In this document: one piece after another, positions 34,610 to 58,250 of the stretch
How positions within the stretch are numbered: the first letter of the stretch is position 1
How the letters are laid out: each line of letters begins with the position of its first letter
From: the human T2T-CHM13v2.0 reference genome, Homo sapiens
Assembly (NCBI RefSeq): GCF_009914755.1
Contig: NC_060940.1
Reading direction: 5' to 3' (one strand)
Length of the DNA stretch: 64,000 bases
Program-made: the position numbers and the translations under genes
The notes under the pieces: generated by a model
What the model was told of the DNA's origin: nothing
Databases searched by the model: none
What the model saw: the letters and a program-made list of their open reading frames with translations, nothing else

Positions 34610-35640
34610 TTTTTCTTCATGGCTTGTGCTTGTGTATCCTCAGAAATCTTTGTCTAATCCTAGGTCACAAAGATTTCCTCTGTGTTTTCTTCTAACAGTT
34701 TTAGTTTCTATATTTAGGTCTCTGATTGATTTTTGTGTTTTTTCTATATGGTATGAGGGATGGGTCAAGGTTCAGGGTTTTTTGTTTGTTTGCGTATAAA
34801 CATCCAATTGTTCCAGAATCACTTGCTGAAAAGGTTGCCTTTGTACTTTTATCAAAAATAACTGATCATAAATATCTGGGTCTATTATGGATTGTCCAGT
34901 CAGAGATCAGTAAACTGAGCTGCTGCTTGTTTTTACAAATAAAGTTTTACTGGAACACAGCCTTGCCCATTCACTTCCATATTGTCTGTGGCTGCTTTTG
35001 CACCATGTCTGCACTGTTATTAGTTGTAGACTGGGGTGTCCAATCTTTTGGCTTGAAGAAGAATTAGAAGAAGAATTGTCTTGGGCCACACATAAAATAC
35101 ACTAATAATAGCTGATGAGCTTTAAAAAAAAAAAAAGCAGAAAATCTCATGTTTTAAAGTTTACAAACTTACGTTGAGCCACGTTCAAAGTTGTCCTGGG
35201 CCGCAGGTTGGACAAGCTTGTTGTACAGTATATGTCTTGCAAAGCCAAAAACCATTTATTATCTGGTCCCTCACAGGTAAAGTTTTCCATTCCCTGTTTT
35301 ATTCCCCTCCATTGATTGTGTGTCTATCCTTTTCACCAGTACCGCACAGGCTCTCACTGTAGCTTTAGAGTAAATCATGAATTCGAGTTGTTTGGGTCTT
35401 TCAACTTTATTCTTCCTTTTCAAATTTGTTGTAGCTGCTCCAGGTTCTTTGTTTCTTCATATAAACCTTAGAATCAGCTTCTTAATTTCTACAAAAGTCT
35501 GCTGGGATTTTGACTGAAATTACACTGGATCTATAGATCAATTTTTTAAAAAATGTTACCTTGGCAATATTCAGTCTTCCAATCCACAAACATTGCATAT
35601 ATATTTTTCCGTTTATTTAAGTCTTCTTCAATAAAAGCCA
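34610..35640 (-). mobile_element. Nested repeats: old L1M fragment containing MER58 (~34901-35295), which contains MER30 (~35030-35220)
   Basis: L1M antisense text resumes after 35295; MER58 phrases aataaagttttactggaacacagc and tttattatctggtccct; MER30 termini ctggggtgtccaatcttttggctt and ttggacaagcttg. Confidence 0.7.
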
Positions 35641-35748
35641 TTTTAAGATTTTTTCAATGTAATATTATATAACAAAAATATTCTTATTTTAAAAACCAGA
35701 TTTCAGTTTATCTCAGAACATAAGAAGAGGTAACAAAAAGATATAAAC

Positions 35749-36039
<291 letters not shown>

Positions 36040-36249
36040 TTATCTCTGTAGTACATCAATGCTTTATTTAAAAAACCACTTTCAACTTCATTGGCTTAGT
36101 GTTAAATTTCAAAGAGAACAGACTCTAGGGAAAAAAGTACCTGGAGAGGACAGTATAAATTTAAAGGGCAAGTTACTTTCCCCAACTCCCTATCCTGGGC
36201 CAACTGGACTTGCTCTTATGGCAACTTCCTTAATTCAAAAAGGCTAGAA

Positions 36250-36388
36250 GGATGGGCATGGTGGCTCATGTCTGTAATCCAGTGCTTTGGGAGGCCAAGG
36301 CAGGAAGATCGCTTTAGGCCACGAGTTTAAAACCGGCCTGGGCAACATAATGAGACCCCATCCCTACAAACAAACAACCAAAAAAAAT
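36250..36388 (+). mobile_element. Alu monomer (FLAM-like)
   Basis: gggcatggtggctcatgtctgtaatcc..ggcaacataatgagacccc plus A-rich tail. Confidence 0.75.
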
Positions 36389-37466
36389 ACGAAAGGCTAA
36401 AAAACGTAACACTTATGGTGTACTGCTAACTATATCATTTTTCTGTTGAATATTTTGTTTTTGATTGGAATGTAAGCTTTGTGAGGGAAGAGACCATGGA
36501 TTTCCTGCTTTATTTTTCTGCATCTCCTAGGATGGAGACCTCAGTAGCTTTCAAAAATTTTTATTGATCGCCTAGTTAAATGCTCAAAATGGACAGTCAA
36601 AACGTAATGAAGCAAATAACTTCATCAATTTCTCTATATTGTTAAATTTTTTGTCTTTTCTTTACTGTTTAAGAAGAAATTGATGCAGTTGTATTAAAAA
36701 CCATTGAATTGTACACCTTAGAAATAAATGGAAATATTAAAAAAAAAAAACTCTGTTGGGGCAAACTGAAAAAAGATTAAAAATTAAAGAAAGAGAATAA
36801 ATGAATAAACTTTTTAAAATAAAAGGAATGAAGTTCTTTAATCTGGAGACCTGTCATGTGAACAGCTCACCCCACTGAAGACCACAGTTGGCTGACCATC
36901 TGCCCCTGCTGTGGGATAAAAGTACAGTAGACGTTGATGCTAGAATACTGATAACACAAGAGACAGGAGTGTCTCTAAATGGCTTTTATTTTTTCTTCTG
37001 TGGAGTTAATAGCTAACTTGTAACAGCTAATTTAAATCACTTACATTCCAAGGTAACTAGCAGTCTATAAATTATAAAAACTGATAGACATTAAAGGAAC
37101 AATTATGAAATCCAGCTGGCTCACACTTTATTATTTCATTACAAATTCAATCTCCAAATATAACCCCCTTAAAAAAGTTGTATTTTCAAAGAATGTTTAA
37201 AGTAGTGGAAAAATGCTCAATTACATTAAATGAAAAAAGCAGGTCCTAATAATCCAAAGATAAAATTTGCATAAGAGTACATTTTAGATCATACCACATA
37301 TACTGAGGAGTTCTATATTACAAAGGAAATCTGTATACAAATGCTACCTAAATGGCTAAGTGGAAGAATTATTCATACTTACTTTGTTTCTGTACATGTT
37401 TCCACACTTTCATACATTCTACAATGAAAGAAATATTGCAACAAAATCAAGAAAGAAAATCACTCA

Positions 37467-37676
<210 letters not shown>

Positions 37677-37832
37677 TTAGAAATAAAATATTCAAATCAA
37701 GAATTTATTTCCAAACACACTGAACAAAACATTAAATAAACAAGACAGGAACCATGTTGTTTTCTCCTGCATGAAAAGGAAAATATCTGATTTAAAATAT
37801 AACCACTGACTGACCTCTGAAAAACTATGTAT

Positions 37833-37859
<27 letters not shown>
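37833..37859. repeat. (CA)n microsatellite
   Basis: About 13 AC repeats. Confidence 0.9.
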
Positions 37860-37863
<4 letters not shown>

Positions 37864-38177
37864 CATATACTGTATATATAAAAGATAGATATTACTTTTA
37901 AACATATTAGGAAGAGAATAATTGTCATATTAATTTTTCTAACAGTCAAGACATTAAACAAAATAGCAAGCATGTCCATTTTTTTCTCTTTCTAAAATTC
38001 CTCAAATATCTACATAAAACGTCAGTCTAGTTACTCTAAAACAAATAAGAGAGTATCTACCAAAATGTTCATCTCAATTTGTTAAGAAATTACCCTTAAA
38101 ACTTTTTTAAGCTGATAATCATAAAGAACATAAAGTGGGAAATACAGACACAAAATCCTCCAATTTGTAATTACTTA

Positions 38178-38301
<124 letters not shown>

Positions 38302-38871
38302 CTTTTAATTATGATTAAGGACTAAAAATAAAGATAAGCCAACCTAAGCAAAACTTTGAAACTTGTTGGAGTCATTATTAATTACTGGGCGGATATCTTA
38401 AGTTTTAGTCCTTTAAGAGAGTGTTCAAGTGAAGACAGAATTTTAGCTGGACTTTTCTTACTTCAAAATAAGGGTTTTAAAGCATGTGTGGTCAAGCAAA
38501 GCAGTAAATACAATGGTTACGTGTCAGACTGCTAATGGGTTTTGAAATAGCAAATGATTAAGTTCCTGTCCATTTGAGACTGCTGCATAACAAAATCTAA
38601 GTATTAAAGAACCAACTGTGTCATAGCCTAAATATCCTCATGAAGGGTCTGAAAATTGAGATGCACCGACAACACATTTAAAGATGTTTAAGCATAGGAA
38701 AGGAGTACTCTCAAAGTGTTTTTCTCACTTAGCACATCTGCATGGAGAAGGAGTGCCATGTGACTCAGATAACGAAGAATAAGATAACTCCAGAAAAACT
38801 TCATAAAGAACAAATGAGATTGGCTTTATCAAGAAAAAGGTATGGTCCAAATGTTTAGTCTTCAACATTCA

Positions 38872-38976
<105 letters not shown>

Positions 38977-39907
38977 CTACAGAAATACCAAAAGAATAGA
39001 TGAGAATGCTTAATTTAAATAAACATTTATCTTGGTTGTACAAACTCTTTACATCAAGGACTTGTTACATAGTTTTAACAGTATACAGCACTTAAATGAT
39101 TTTAACCACATAAAAAATCAACTTAGATCATTTCACCTTGCCGTCTCTACTAAAAAGAAAAAGATGCATGACTCTTAGTTGACTTACATAACTAGGACTG
39201 CAAGCTTCTTGATAGAGCGCTAATCTTTTCAATCTATAGAGACTAGGAAACTAGCTCCATTCATCACATTTTAACTGCAATCAAGAGAACTGGCATACTG
39301 ATTCAGGTGAAGCAAGATACTATCCTGACATGGCTTTGTCATGGGTTAAAGACTCTTCAGAGCTGTCTGAAATGACTATCCATGTAAGTTTGCTTTCCTC
39401 TTGCATTCTTCAAATCCTCGCAATGCCCATATGTTCCACTTAACTCAGAAATGCAAGCAATTCCTTGAGATAGAGGAAACACTATCCATACACAGGAAGA
39501 GAAGGAAGCAAGCAATAGCAAACCCTTCTTCTCCATTCCAAGACATTTATTTTTCATTCCCAATTTGTTAGGAATGAAACCAATAAAAGATACAAGAGCA
39601 TATTACTATGCTTTAGAAAGCATAGTAAGACATTTTACAAAGGTAAGACAGAATCATCTTCATCACAGTAATTTATAGCTTAAAGTACCAACCAATTTGG
39701 CTTAATTCCTTACATTTTAATCCAGAGAATCAACAGTATCTACACAGATTATCTCTTACTTTATCTTTTAGAATAAGAAAATATATAAATAAGTGTTAAG
39801 TATAATTTTTAAGCTAGCTACAATAAATATATCTATTCAGGAAAGAAATTAAAGTTTTCAAGATATTTAGAAAAAAAGCCGAATAATTCAAATGCAAAGC
39901 ATTTAAA

Positions 39908-40250
39908 TCCATTCATTCAACAAATATTTACTGAGTACCTATTATATGTTAAGTACTCCTCAGGTCTGAGGTATAGAACCAAGGAGGCTAGTAATTCTGG
40001 TCAGACACTGGTGTGGTAATAATACAGTAATGTGTAAATAAAAGGAAGGGTCTCTTGTTCTTATGAGCTTGTATTCTAGTAGGGAAGACAGACAATCCCA
40101 AACCATAAATATACATGTGAGTAAACAGGGCTCTTTGTTGAAACTGCTCCACGCAGTGCTTGGAGGAGATGAGATTGAAGATAGATGCTGGTAGACAGTG
40201 AAGATTAGATTTACCAGAAATGGTGGTGCCACCTGACTCTAGAAGACACT
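39908..40250 (-). mobile_element. L2 3' end fragment
   Basis: cattcattcaacaaatatttactgagtacctattatatg..gagcttgtattctagtagggaagacagacaa. Confidence 0.75.
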
Positions 40251-40310
40251 GCACATGCTTCCTTAGGAACATACGAACTGCAACTGTGCCTCCCACATCT
40301 CCATTCTTAC

Positions 40311-40409
40311 CAGGAATCTCTTCATTTGGAATGACTGGACCTTCACAGCCTGTATGGCTTCATCCAAGAGCTTTTCCTGCTCATCCTGAGGGGACTGCTG
40401 TGTTGTAGG
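40311..40409 (-). pseudogene. VPS35P1: VPS35 pseudo-exon 2 (99 bp)
   Basis: [33 protein letters not shown]; ttttcag acceptor, gtaaga donor. Confidence 0.93.
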
Positions 40410-41049
40410 CTGAAAAATAAAAAATTCCACTGATGTCTCAAGCACATTCTTCTAGCAAATATGTTATTTTCATAGTTTTAGCCATAGTCCTTCTCCAAGA
40501 CTGTCACAAAAGGATCAATCCAGCTCTATACCTCAAACTCATTTACCAATTATTAACTGCTGCTGCACACAGAGCCATGCCTCATCATTGAAATTAACAG
40601 AATAAGACTGACAAAGGAGAACAGTATGTGTACAAAGAATTGCCTCTCTCTCAGAAACTGACTCAACATTCTTGTAGTAGGCTGGCATCAAAGAAACTTG
40701 CAGTGGTAGTTCATGGCTGTGTTCTGCTAACACACTCTGAATACAACCCAGACATAGCCATCCGGCCAATCAAAATCTTGTGACAGGTATAGCCAAAACC
40801 AATCTCTAAAGCCTCTCTTTTCCTGTAGACTGCTTATCATCTGCATTTCAGTCTATTCTTAGACAGACTAAGGAACTAATTTATGAGATCACTGACCATT
40901 AATATGCACGATTTACTATGACATTTACATTCTCATTACTACAATTTATTCCCAAGTAAGTGTCTTTTACTTTAGAGAGTCTTGTATGTTTGTTGTTTAG
41001 GTTTACACATATGGTGCCATAAATGGAACCTGAAAAGTTTGCTATGGAA

Positions 41050-41870
41050 GGAATTGGTGATTCTCGGAGCACGTATGCAGTTCTCACCTTATACCACTGA
41101 GCGCTCTGCTCGTATGTCACCTTTTCTGCGCTGGTGAGTCTTCCCTCACGTTAAGAATCTGTTACTTTGATACAGGATTTTTGACATTGTTGGGATCCAG
41201 TTTGAATAAGGCTACTTTAATAAAAGACCATCTATCCCTCCTAGCATAATAAAAGGCCTTTTGTCTATTCTGGTAAGTCCTTTCCGCTCTCAAGACAAAT
41301 ATCTTTCTGGATTGAGCACTCTTGTTTTGTACCGAACTTACCTTCTGTCTGTGAGGCATTTATTTTCTGGTTTGCGCACCTAGTTTAATATTTTGTTTGA
41401 TTTACATATTTTTGTGAACATTTTAATCCTGGTTTCCTTTGAATTGGTTTGACTTTTTCCCCTTGCTTGTTTCAAAAAAGTGGCACTAGTAAAGTAGTTG
41501 CCACTATCGAAAACACTAGTCTAAACTCCTGGCATTTTCTTACAAGATTTATAGGATTTTCTTTGCTCTCTAGCTATTAATAAGAAACAGAATGTGATTC
41601 TCAATCATTAAGGCATGCTAGGTTTTCCTGAACTCCTGATGATTACATATTATGTTGCATTCTTTGGCACATTTTAAAATTAATAGGCAAAATTACATCA
41701 GAAAAAATATAGGTCTCAAATGGTCGTTATTTTAAAAATTCACAACTATAGAGTTAACACATGGAGTCCTCTAGGTTCTCTGTCTCTCTTTTTTCCTGCC
41801 TACGCTGTATCTGCTTACTTTTCTACTGGTGTTGAGATAAAACTCACTGCATATGGTATTCCAGCCAAGA
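41050..41870 (+). mobile_element. Probable ERV1-class internal fragment (MER4/MER41-group-like)
   Basis: Resembles ERV1 leader/gag-region text (..gagttaacacatggagtcctctaggttctctg..gagataaaactcactg..attccagccaag). Family call uncertain. Confidence 0.35.
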
Positions 41871-45032
<3,162 letters not shown>

Positions 45033-47672
45033 CTACCTGGCCAAGCTCACCTAGATGGTGGAGGCAATTAGGCCTGCCTTGGGAGCCCAGGGACCTTAGC
45101 CTCAGTCTCTTCATATTTAGAAAAGGGCAAGAAAACCGTTTTTTGAAAAAACTGAACACAAGGAGACGGCAGCGCTTAGTGATGAATGAGGAGTGTGAGA
45201 GCTGAAGCAGGTTTGGCATCCAGCAGCTGTGTGCCAGGTGGGCTTGGGCAGGAACCTCTCAGACTCAGTTTCCTCATCCCTGAGTAACAACAAAAACAGT
45301 AACAATAAAAGTATTGACATTTACAAGATGTCCAAAAGATTATAGAATATTGTGTGTAGAAAGAAGCTGCGCCATCCCTGGTAAAGTCAGAACCCAAGAA
45401 ATTGCAGCTCCTACTTCTTCCATCATCATCTCTAGGAAGTAAGATTATGAGAGTTTTACTGAGCAGCAATTTTTCCTCATTTCTCTTAGCAACAGCACTA
45501 GTAACTTTTAAACACCAGCAAGCCAAACGTCCTATGCAAATGAAATCCTGCCCTTAAAGGACCATGGCTGGGCAGCATGGGCCCAGGTGTGGGCCCCATG
45601 GTGGTTAGTGGAGGGCAAGAGAGAAATTGGGCCCTCTCCACCCAGAGACTCAGAGAGGCCAGAAAAAGGCCTCTCCAGGAAGCAGAAGGCTAGAAGGCCT
45701 TGCAGGGGACCCTGACTAGCCTTCAGGGCACCTGACAGGGCTGGGCCTGTGCCAGCTTCCCTCACTTTCCACCTCTCCACAGAAGAACCTGGCCGCAGGT
45801 GGCAGGTGGGTCTGAGGCTGCCAAGCACTCACCAGACGCTGTGGGTACCTTCAATATGGCCCTTTTTGAAACAGCAGCTCAAGCAGATCCTTGGGGAGCA
45901 GCTTCCTCATCGTCTGGAACTTCTCACTCCAGGCCCGGGTCTGCACGGGAGCCAGGGAGGGAGATGCGGGCTCACCCATGGCTGAGACCTCCTCTGCGAT
46001 GTCCTTTCTTCCACCTCCCCATGGACAGGCCCAGATGCCCTAATGAACAGCCCAGCATGGAGACTACAGGAGAGTGAACAGAACCGTCTGGCACCCAGGA
46101 GGGAGGGGGGTGCTTGGTGAGCACAGGGTGAGGCCCCAGGCCCCAGTCCAGAAATGTGCTCCTTGCAGCCCAGCCTCGAGGTGGAGGTTTCCTGTGTGCA
46201 CACGCAGTCCATGTTGTGTTCTCCCTTGGGGTCATCCAGCTGCACATCTAGAACAAGGTGGCCATTCCTCTGGACACTGTGGCAGGTAGGGGATGGGGAG
46301 ATGGGGCAGCCCACAAAGCTCAGTGCCCTGCCATGGACCCCTTCTGCTCCGAGACCTCCCTGCTGTGGGTTCTTCACACCCTGAGACACTGCCCTGAAGT
46401 CAGACAGAAGCAAATGAGCTCCTCTCCCAAGACTGCCCTCTCCCATGCTGGCTGATGACTTCCTAGAGGGGGAATCAGTCACCAGGGGCTGGGGACTGTT
46501 TCTTCGGGTGGATGCCCTGGAGTTCAGGCTGGCTGGTTCATCCCATTCCTCCATGTGCATGAGACAAGGCAGGGCAGAAATGACACAGGCACCACCTTTA
46601 CTTCTGCATTCCTGCAAAGTGGTTTCTGCAGGTCCCGCTGATACGGTTAAGCAGCTCTGCTAGGGAAGGGCTTCGGAAGTGGCTCTGGTAGGTTTGGGGT
46701 TGTGGTGAGAGGCCATGGATCTACAAGGAGAGGGTGGTCACTGAGCAGATGGCTGGGTATCTACCCACAGACCCAGAACCAGTGACATGTCAGGGGGTTA
46801 TGGCTGGCTGGCAGGGACTCACTGATTGAGGTGAAAGCCTCATGTGTATGCGGTCATGCAGCCTTGTAGGTCCTCAGCCATGATCACCAACAAGCACATG
46901 AGGTCCCCAGAAGGTGGGTTCAGGCTGCTTTTGGTGAGCACTTTCAGGCACTGCGCAGGATGCAGGCATGGCCAAGTGTGAATGCACCAGGCCTCCTGGA
47001 GTGTGGCCCTCCATCCCAGTGAAGAGCCTCTTTCTTGCTACCCCCGGAAATTTTCCATTCCAGTCACAGTTCTGGGACTGCACAAGACACCATGGCTACT
47101 CCTGGCTCCCTGGATGGATGTACTCAGGTGGTGTGCCACCGAGGGGCTCCATCTTCAAGCCCTTCTGAGGGCCCCATGGTCACTGGTCAGCACAAGGTAA
47201 GGACATCCAGGGCCAGCTTTCTGTCTTCCTAAATGTGGTCCTGGTCTTGGTGCCTCCCCAGACGACTCCAGTGGGAAGCCCTGGTCCTCAGCCCCTTCGT
47301 CAGTCCCTGGCCCCCATGCTCCTTGCTCTTCTGCCCAATTCCCAACCCCAGTGCCTCGTGCAACTCCCAGGTCACCCCCAGTGAAAATGCTCAGGAAGAA
47401 CAAAAAGCTACCCTCAGCCCTGTTGGAGGCATCAGATGGGTCGGGGTCCATGCTCTTGCATAGGTTTCCACCCTGGTCCACTTGGATGTGGGCCTCACAC
47501 ATGGTATAGGGCTCTGTCAGGAAGTGGCGTGGTGGGGGGGTTCCCAGGCACCTGCACTCTGGAACAGCCCGCCTAGCACACAGCAGAGTTTGCGGGTGTG
47601 TTATCATGCATGGTTTAATTTTCAGCTTTAGGCTTTCATTTTCAAATTTCACTATGAACACTGGAATTCTGG

Positions 47673-47675
<3 letters not shown>

Positions 47676-47714
<39 letters not shown>
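47676..47714. repeat. (CA)n microsatellite
   Basis: About 19-20 AC repeats. Confidence 0.95.
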
Positions 47715-47716
<2 letters not shown>

Positions 47717-49364
47717 ATCTGCCTGCTGGCAAGCAGGGATCCTTGTTGGCAAAGAACTTTCTCCCAAATGCCTCTAGAGGACACCCAGGGCTTGGGGAGC
47801 CCACAAGGCCACCTCCTCTGTGTGGACCTGTGTCTCAGGTGGGCAGGGCCGTCAGAGCTTCAGGGTCTCCACAACCTCGCACTGCTGTCATGGGGCAGCC
47901 CCCATGCAGGGGTGGCCTGGGGACTTCCCAGGGTCCCCAGTTTGAACACTGCCCCTCCATGTGTTTCTTGGGATTTGGAATTGCAGTTATTTAGGGGGAG
48001 GAGAGAGGTTCTATGATCAACTCTGTGTGCCGTTGAACTATAGACCTTTTCCACAATTGCTCTTAACAAGCAGAGAGACCCTGGGATCCTGAGCGGCTTC
48101 TTCCCAAAGAAGCTCTGAGTCCACGAGAGCAGAGTTTACAACCAAGCCAGTCTCACCACACCTGCTTATTGTGCTGGATCAGGCCGACTTCTGCACTCAG
48201 GAGCTGTGAGGCTTTTTGGTTTTCTTAAATGAATGTCATTTATACTTACAGAATTCCATCGGGCTGATTTCCAGCCTGGCTTGGTACTCCCCGATATTTT
48301 TAGCCTCATGACTGTTTTTTAACCCATGGGCCATGAATTTGGAGGGTGCAGGTGTGATGGCCTGAGAGGCAGAGCTGTGCTCCAATCCTGCCCTGATGTG
48401 CTAATCTGTGACACAGAGACCCCAAAAGGGCAGGGACCTCCAGGAGCCCTCCCCTGATCAGGCCACCCAACTTCCAGACAAACCTCCACCTTGCACAGCA
48501 CTGAGTCCTCTTGCAGCCCCTGGATGCTGTGCAGAACTAAGAAGCGCTCCAGTGTGCTGTCTTCTGGGTGCAGCAAGAAGCAGGTGTAATGACATGGGAC
48601 TCCATGGTCCATGAGCACCTGGTGGATCTCCTGCTTGATCTCCTGGGGTAAGACTTCTGCCAGTGATAAGGCCCCCAGTACCTTGGGGAAGAGGACATAT
48701 GGCAGGGAGAAAGGACATGCTCCCTTGTCCCCAGCCCAAAATACCCAGGTCCCAAGAATAAATACCCAACATGCTCAGTTTCCCACTTTTTGGCTTACGT
48801 TCCAGGTTCTGGCTGTACACACCAAGTCCACCTACTCATATGTGTGTGCTGGATGGAGCCCGGCCCTGCTGGCTATTCCTGAGCCCAAGAGTAACACCTG
48901 AGCAGAGTAGGGGGAGATGGAAGAACAAGGGGAGGGAAAAGAACAGCCTTGTCTCCTCCCTAAACCGGTACTAATGGCCCCAGGAAAAATGGCTTTCACC
49001 TTCCATTAGGGGCACTCCAAGGCCCAACCCTGGGGACACAGAGGACATGAGAGGGCTTTGCCTGGTTCCCCATTGAGTTAAAAGCATGCAACACCTCTGG
49101 GCTGGCTCTGCCCTTGGAGATCACCCAACACCACCTCCCCTCTGGCAGATGGTGAAGTCATGGCCCAGAGAGAGGTGACTTGCCTCAGGGCACAGAGCAA
49201 GAGGCTGGGAGTCCTGGGACCCCTCTCCCACCAGCCAGTCACTCCCACTCCTCTCCCCAAACAGGCCTGGCAGGTCCAGCTGGTAGCTGTCTTCTAGCAG
49301 TGGGGCAGTGACCTGAGTCTGGACTCCATTCCCACGTCCAGCACACCAGCTGAATGTCCCTGGG

Positions 49365-49873
49365 TGTTGGGAACAGGCCCCCAAATCTGGCCATAAACTG
49401 GCCCCAAAACTGGCCCTAAGCAAAATCTCTGCAGAACTGTGACATGCTCATGATGGCCATGACACCCACGCTGAAGGTTGTGGGTTTACCAGAATGAGGG
49501 CAAGGAAAACCTGGCCCACCCAGGGTGGAAAACCCCTTAAAGGCATTCTCAAACCACAAACAATAGCATGAGCTATCTGTGCCTTAAGGACATGCTCCTG
49601 CTGCGATTAACTAGCCCAACCCATCCCTTTACTTGGGCCCATCCCTTTATTTCCCATAAGAAATACTTTTAGTTAATCTATAATCTATAGAATCAATGCT
49701 GATCACTGGCTTGCTGTCAATAAATATTTGGGTAAATCTCTGTTTAGGCCTTTCAGCTCTGAAGGCTGTGGGACCCCTGATTTCCCACTCCACACTCTAT
49801 ATTTCTGTGTGTGTGTCTTTAATTCCTCTAGTGCTGCTGAGTTAGGGTCTCCATGACCGAGCTGGTCTCGGCA
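49365..49873 (+). mobile_element. 5' LTR (MER9-type)
   Basis: tgttgggaacaggccccc..ctggtctcggca; direct repeat of 61894-62397. Confidence 0.93.
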
Positions 49874-49874
49874 A

Positions 49875-49894
49875 GCAGCACCCAACATCGAAGC
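49875..49894 (+). promoter_or_regulatory. Degenerate primer-binding site (tRNA-Lys type)
   Basis: gcagcacccaacatcgaagc immediately after the 5' LTR, resembling tggcgcccaacgtggggc with CpG decay. Confidence 0.6.
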
Positions 49895-49971
49895 TCGAAC
49901 CCAGGTCAAAGGGTCACCAGAGCGACAGTTGAAGAACTTGGAACTAAGCTGGAGGACACCCAAGTACTCTT

Positions 49972-56001
<6,030 letters not shown>

Positions 56002-56068
56002 CACCCAAGTACTCTTAAGCAATCCTCATGGTGAATGAGAAGGGGAGCTTGGAAGCATCAGGGTAACA

Positions 56069-57447
56069 ATGGGGCAAGTGTGGGCTCTGGTTCATTCCAC
56101 CTTGGAACCTTTTCACACTGATGATGAGGAGGAAGGACAGTATAATGAAGAAACAGAGCAGGTTTGTTTGCCAGCTAAAGCTAAAGCAGCAAAGGAGGAA
56201 GAGGTTCATCCCTACCCTTCTGCACCACCTCATTATTTTGAAGAAAAAGAGTGGCCTGACCCTCCAGATCTTTCTTTTCTGGAGGACACTGGATGAAAAG
56301 TATTAGCTCTAGTGACTTTTCAAGCAGTGCCTCCAGTGACTGCTCTCAGTTTTATTCAGACAGGAATTCAGCAAGCTAGAAGAGAGGGTGATTTAGAGGC
56401 TTGGCAATTCCCTGTTAGAATATACCCCCCAGATCAACAGGGAAATATTGTAGCTACATTTAAGCCTTTTCCTTTTAAATTACTCAAATAATTTAAACAA
56501 GCTATTTATCAATATGGACCAGGTTCTCTTTTTGTAATGGGACTGTTAAAGAATGTTGCTGTTTCCATTTGGATGATTCCTACTGACTGGGATGCTCTTA
56601 CTCGAGCTTGTTTAACTCCCGCTCAATTCTTACAATTTAAAACTTGGTGGGCAGATGAAGCTTCCATTCAGGCTGCTCACAACACCCAGGCCTAACCTCA
56701 AATTAATATAACTGCAGACCAACTTTTGGGGGTTGGCAGCTGGGCTGGTTTAGATGCACAAGTGGTCATGCAGGATAATGCCATAGAGCAGCTTAGAGGA
56801 GTGTGCATTAGAGATTGGGAAAAAATTACTTCAGGAGCAGAGCAATTCCCTTCCTTTAGTGCTGTAAAATAGGGACCAAAAGAACTGTAAGCAGACTTTA
56901 TAGCTTGGTTACAGGAGTCTCTTACAAAGGTGATTGCAGGATATAGTGTTATAGTTATCAGCTTTCAACAATGCTAATCCCGATTGCCAGACTGCTCTGC
57001 AATCTGTTAGACAGAAAACACATTCAGTTGATTATATCAAGGCCTGTGATGGTATCAGAGGTAATCTGCATAAGGCTGCTCTGCTAGCCCAGGCAATGGC
57101 AGGACTGAAACTGAGTAAAGGAAATACTCCATTTCCTGGAGCTTGTTTTAACTGTGGGAAGCATGGTCATACTAAAAAATAATGTAGAAAAAATCAGCGA
57201 GTCAGGCCACCAGATAGGGGAAAAAAGAAAACTGCTGAGCCTGAAATATGTCCAAAATGCAAAAAAGGAAAACATTGGGCTAATGAGTGTCACTCTAAGT
57301 TTGATAAAGATGGGAACCCGATTTTGGGAAATGCCATGAGGGGCCCATCCCAGGCCCTGTTCCAAACTGGGACATTTCCAGCTCAGGCCATTCCCTCACC
57401 CCTGTACAATGTCTGTCCCCCACCACAGCCAGTAGTGCTGCAGTAGA
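56069..57447 (+). pseudogene. gag: HML-3 gag remnant
   Basis: MGQVWALVHSTLEPF..PYPSAPP (late domain)..capsid region (QFKTWWADEA)..two zinc knuckles ([23 protein letters not shown]); multiple stops. Confidence 0.88.
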
Positions 57448-58250
57448 TTTACACTGCACAAAAGCTGTAAGGCTTCTGCCTGGGGAACCCCCACAAAAAG
57501 TTCCAACAGGGATCTATGGACCCTTGCCAGCGGGGATTATAGGATTACTTCTAGGAAGGTCTAGGTTAAATTTAAAAGGGGTACAAGTACATACAGGAGT
57601 CATTGATTCAGATTACAATGGGGAAATTCAAATTGTTTTATCTACTTCTGTTCCCTGGAAAGCAGAGCCAGGAGAGCGTATAGCACAGCTCCTGATTGTG
57701 CTGTATGTGGAAATGAGGAAAAGTGAAATTAAATGAAAAGGAGGATTTGGAAGCACAAATAAACAAGGCAAAGCAGCTTATTGGGTGAATCAAATTACTG
57801 ATAAGTGTCCTACCTATGAAATAACTATTCGGGGAAAGAAATTTAAAGGTCTGGTAGATACAGGAGCAGACATTTCAAGCATTTCTCTACAGCACTGGCC
57901 ATCTGTGTGGTCAATTCAACCCACTCAATTTAACATAGTTGGAGTTGGTAAAGCCCCTGAAGTGTATCAAAGTAGTTATATTTTGCATTGTGAAGGGCCC
58001 AATGGACAACCTGGGACTATTCAACCAATTGTAACTTCTGTACCTATAAATTTATGGGGGAGAGGTTTATTACAACAATGGGGAGGACAATTCTAATTAC
58101 AGAGCAATTATACAGCCCTCAGAGTCACAATATGATGCATGAAATGGAGTATGTCCTTGGTATGGGACTAGGAAAAAAATTTGCAAGGTTTGAAGGAACT
58201 GCTTCAAGTGGAAAGACAAAGTTCCCGCCAAGGTTTAGGATATCATTTTT
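57440..58250 (+). pseudogene. pro: HML-3 dUTPase-protease (pro) remnant
   Basis: dUTPase motifs GLLLGRS, GVIDSDYNGEI, GGFGST; protease GLVDTGADIS..NLWGR; G-patch-like GMGLGK. Confidence 0.88.

Noticed and set aside
45907-46617. 236-aa minus-strand ORF and overlapping ORFs at 45.5-49 kb and 62.6-63.7 kb
   Set aside because: No recognisable domain; many overlapping ORFs on both strands are expected by chance in GC-rich DNA.
49875-49905. tRNA-like sequence after the LTR as a tRNA gene
   Set aside because: It is only the retroviral primer-binding site, complementary to a tRNA 3' end.
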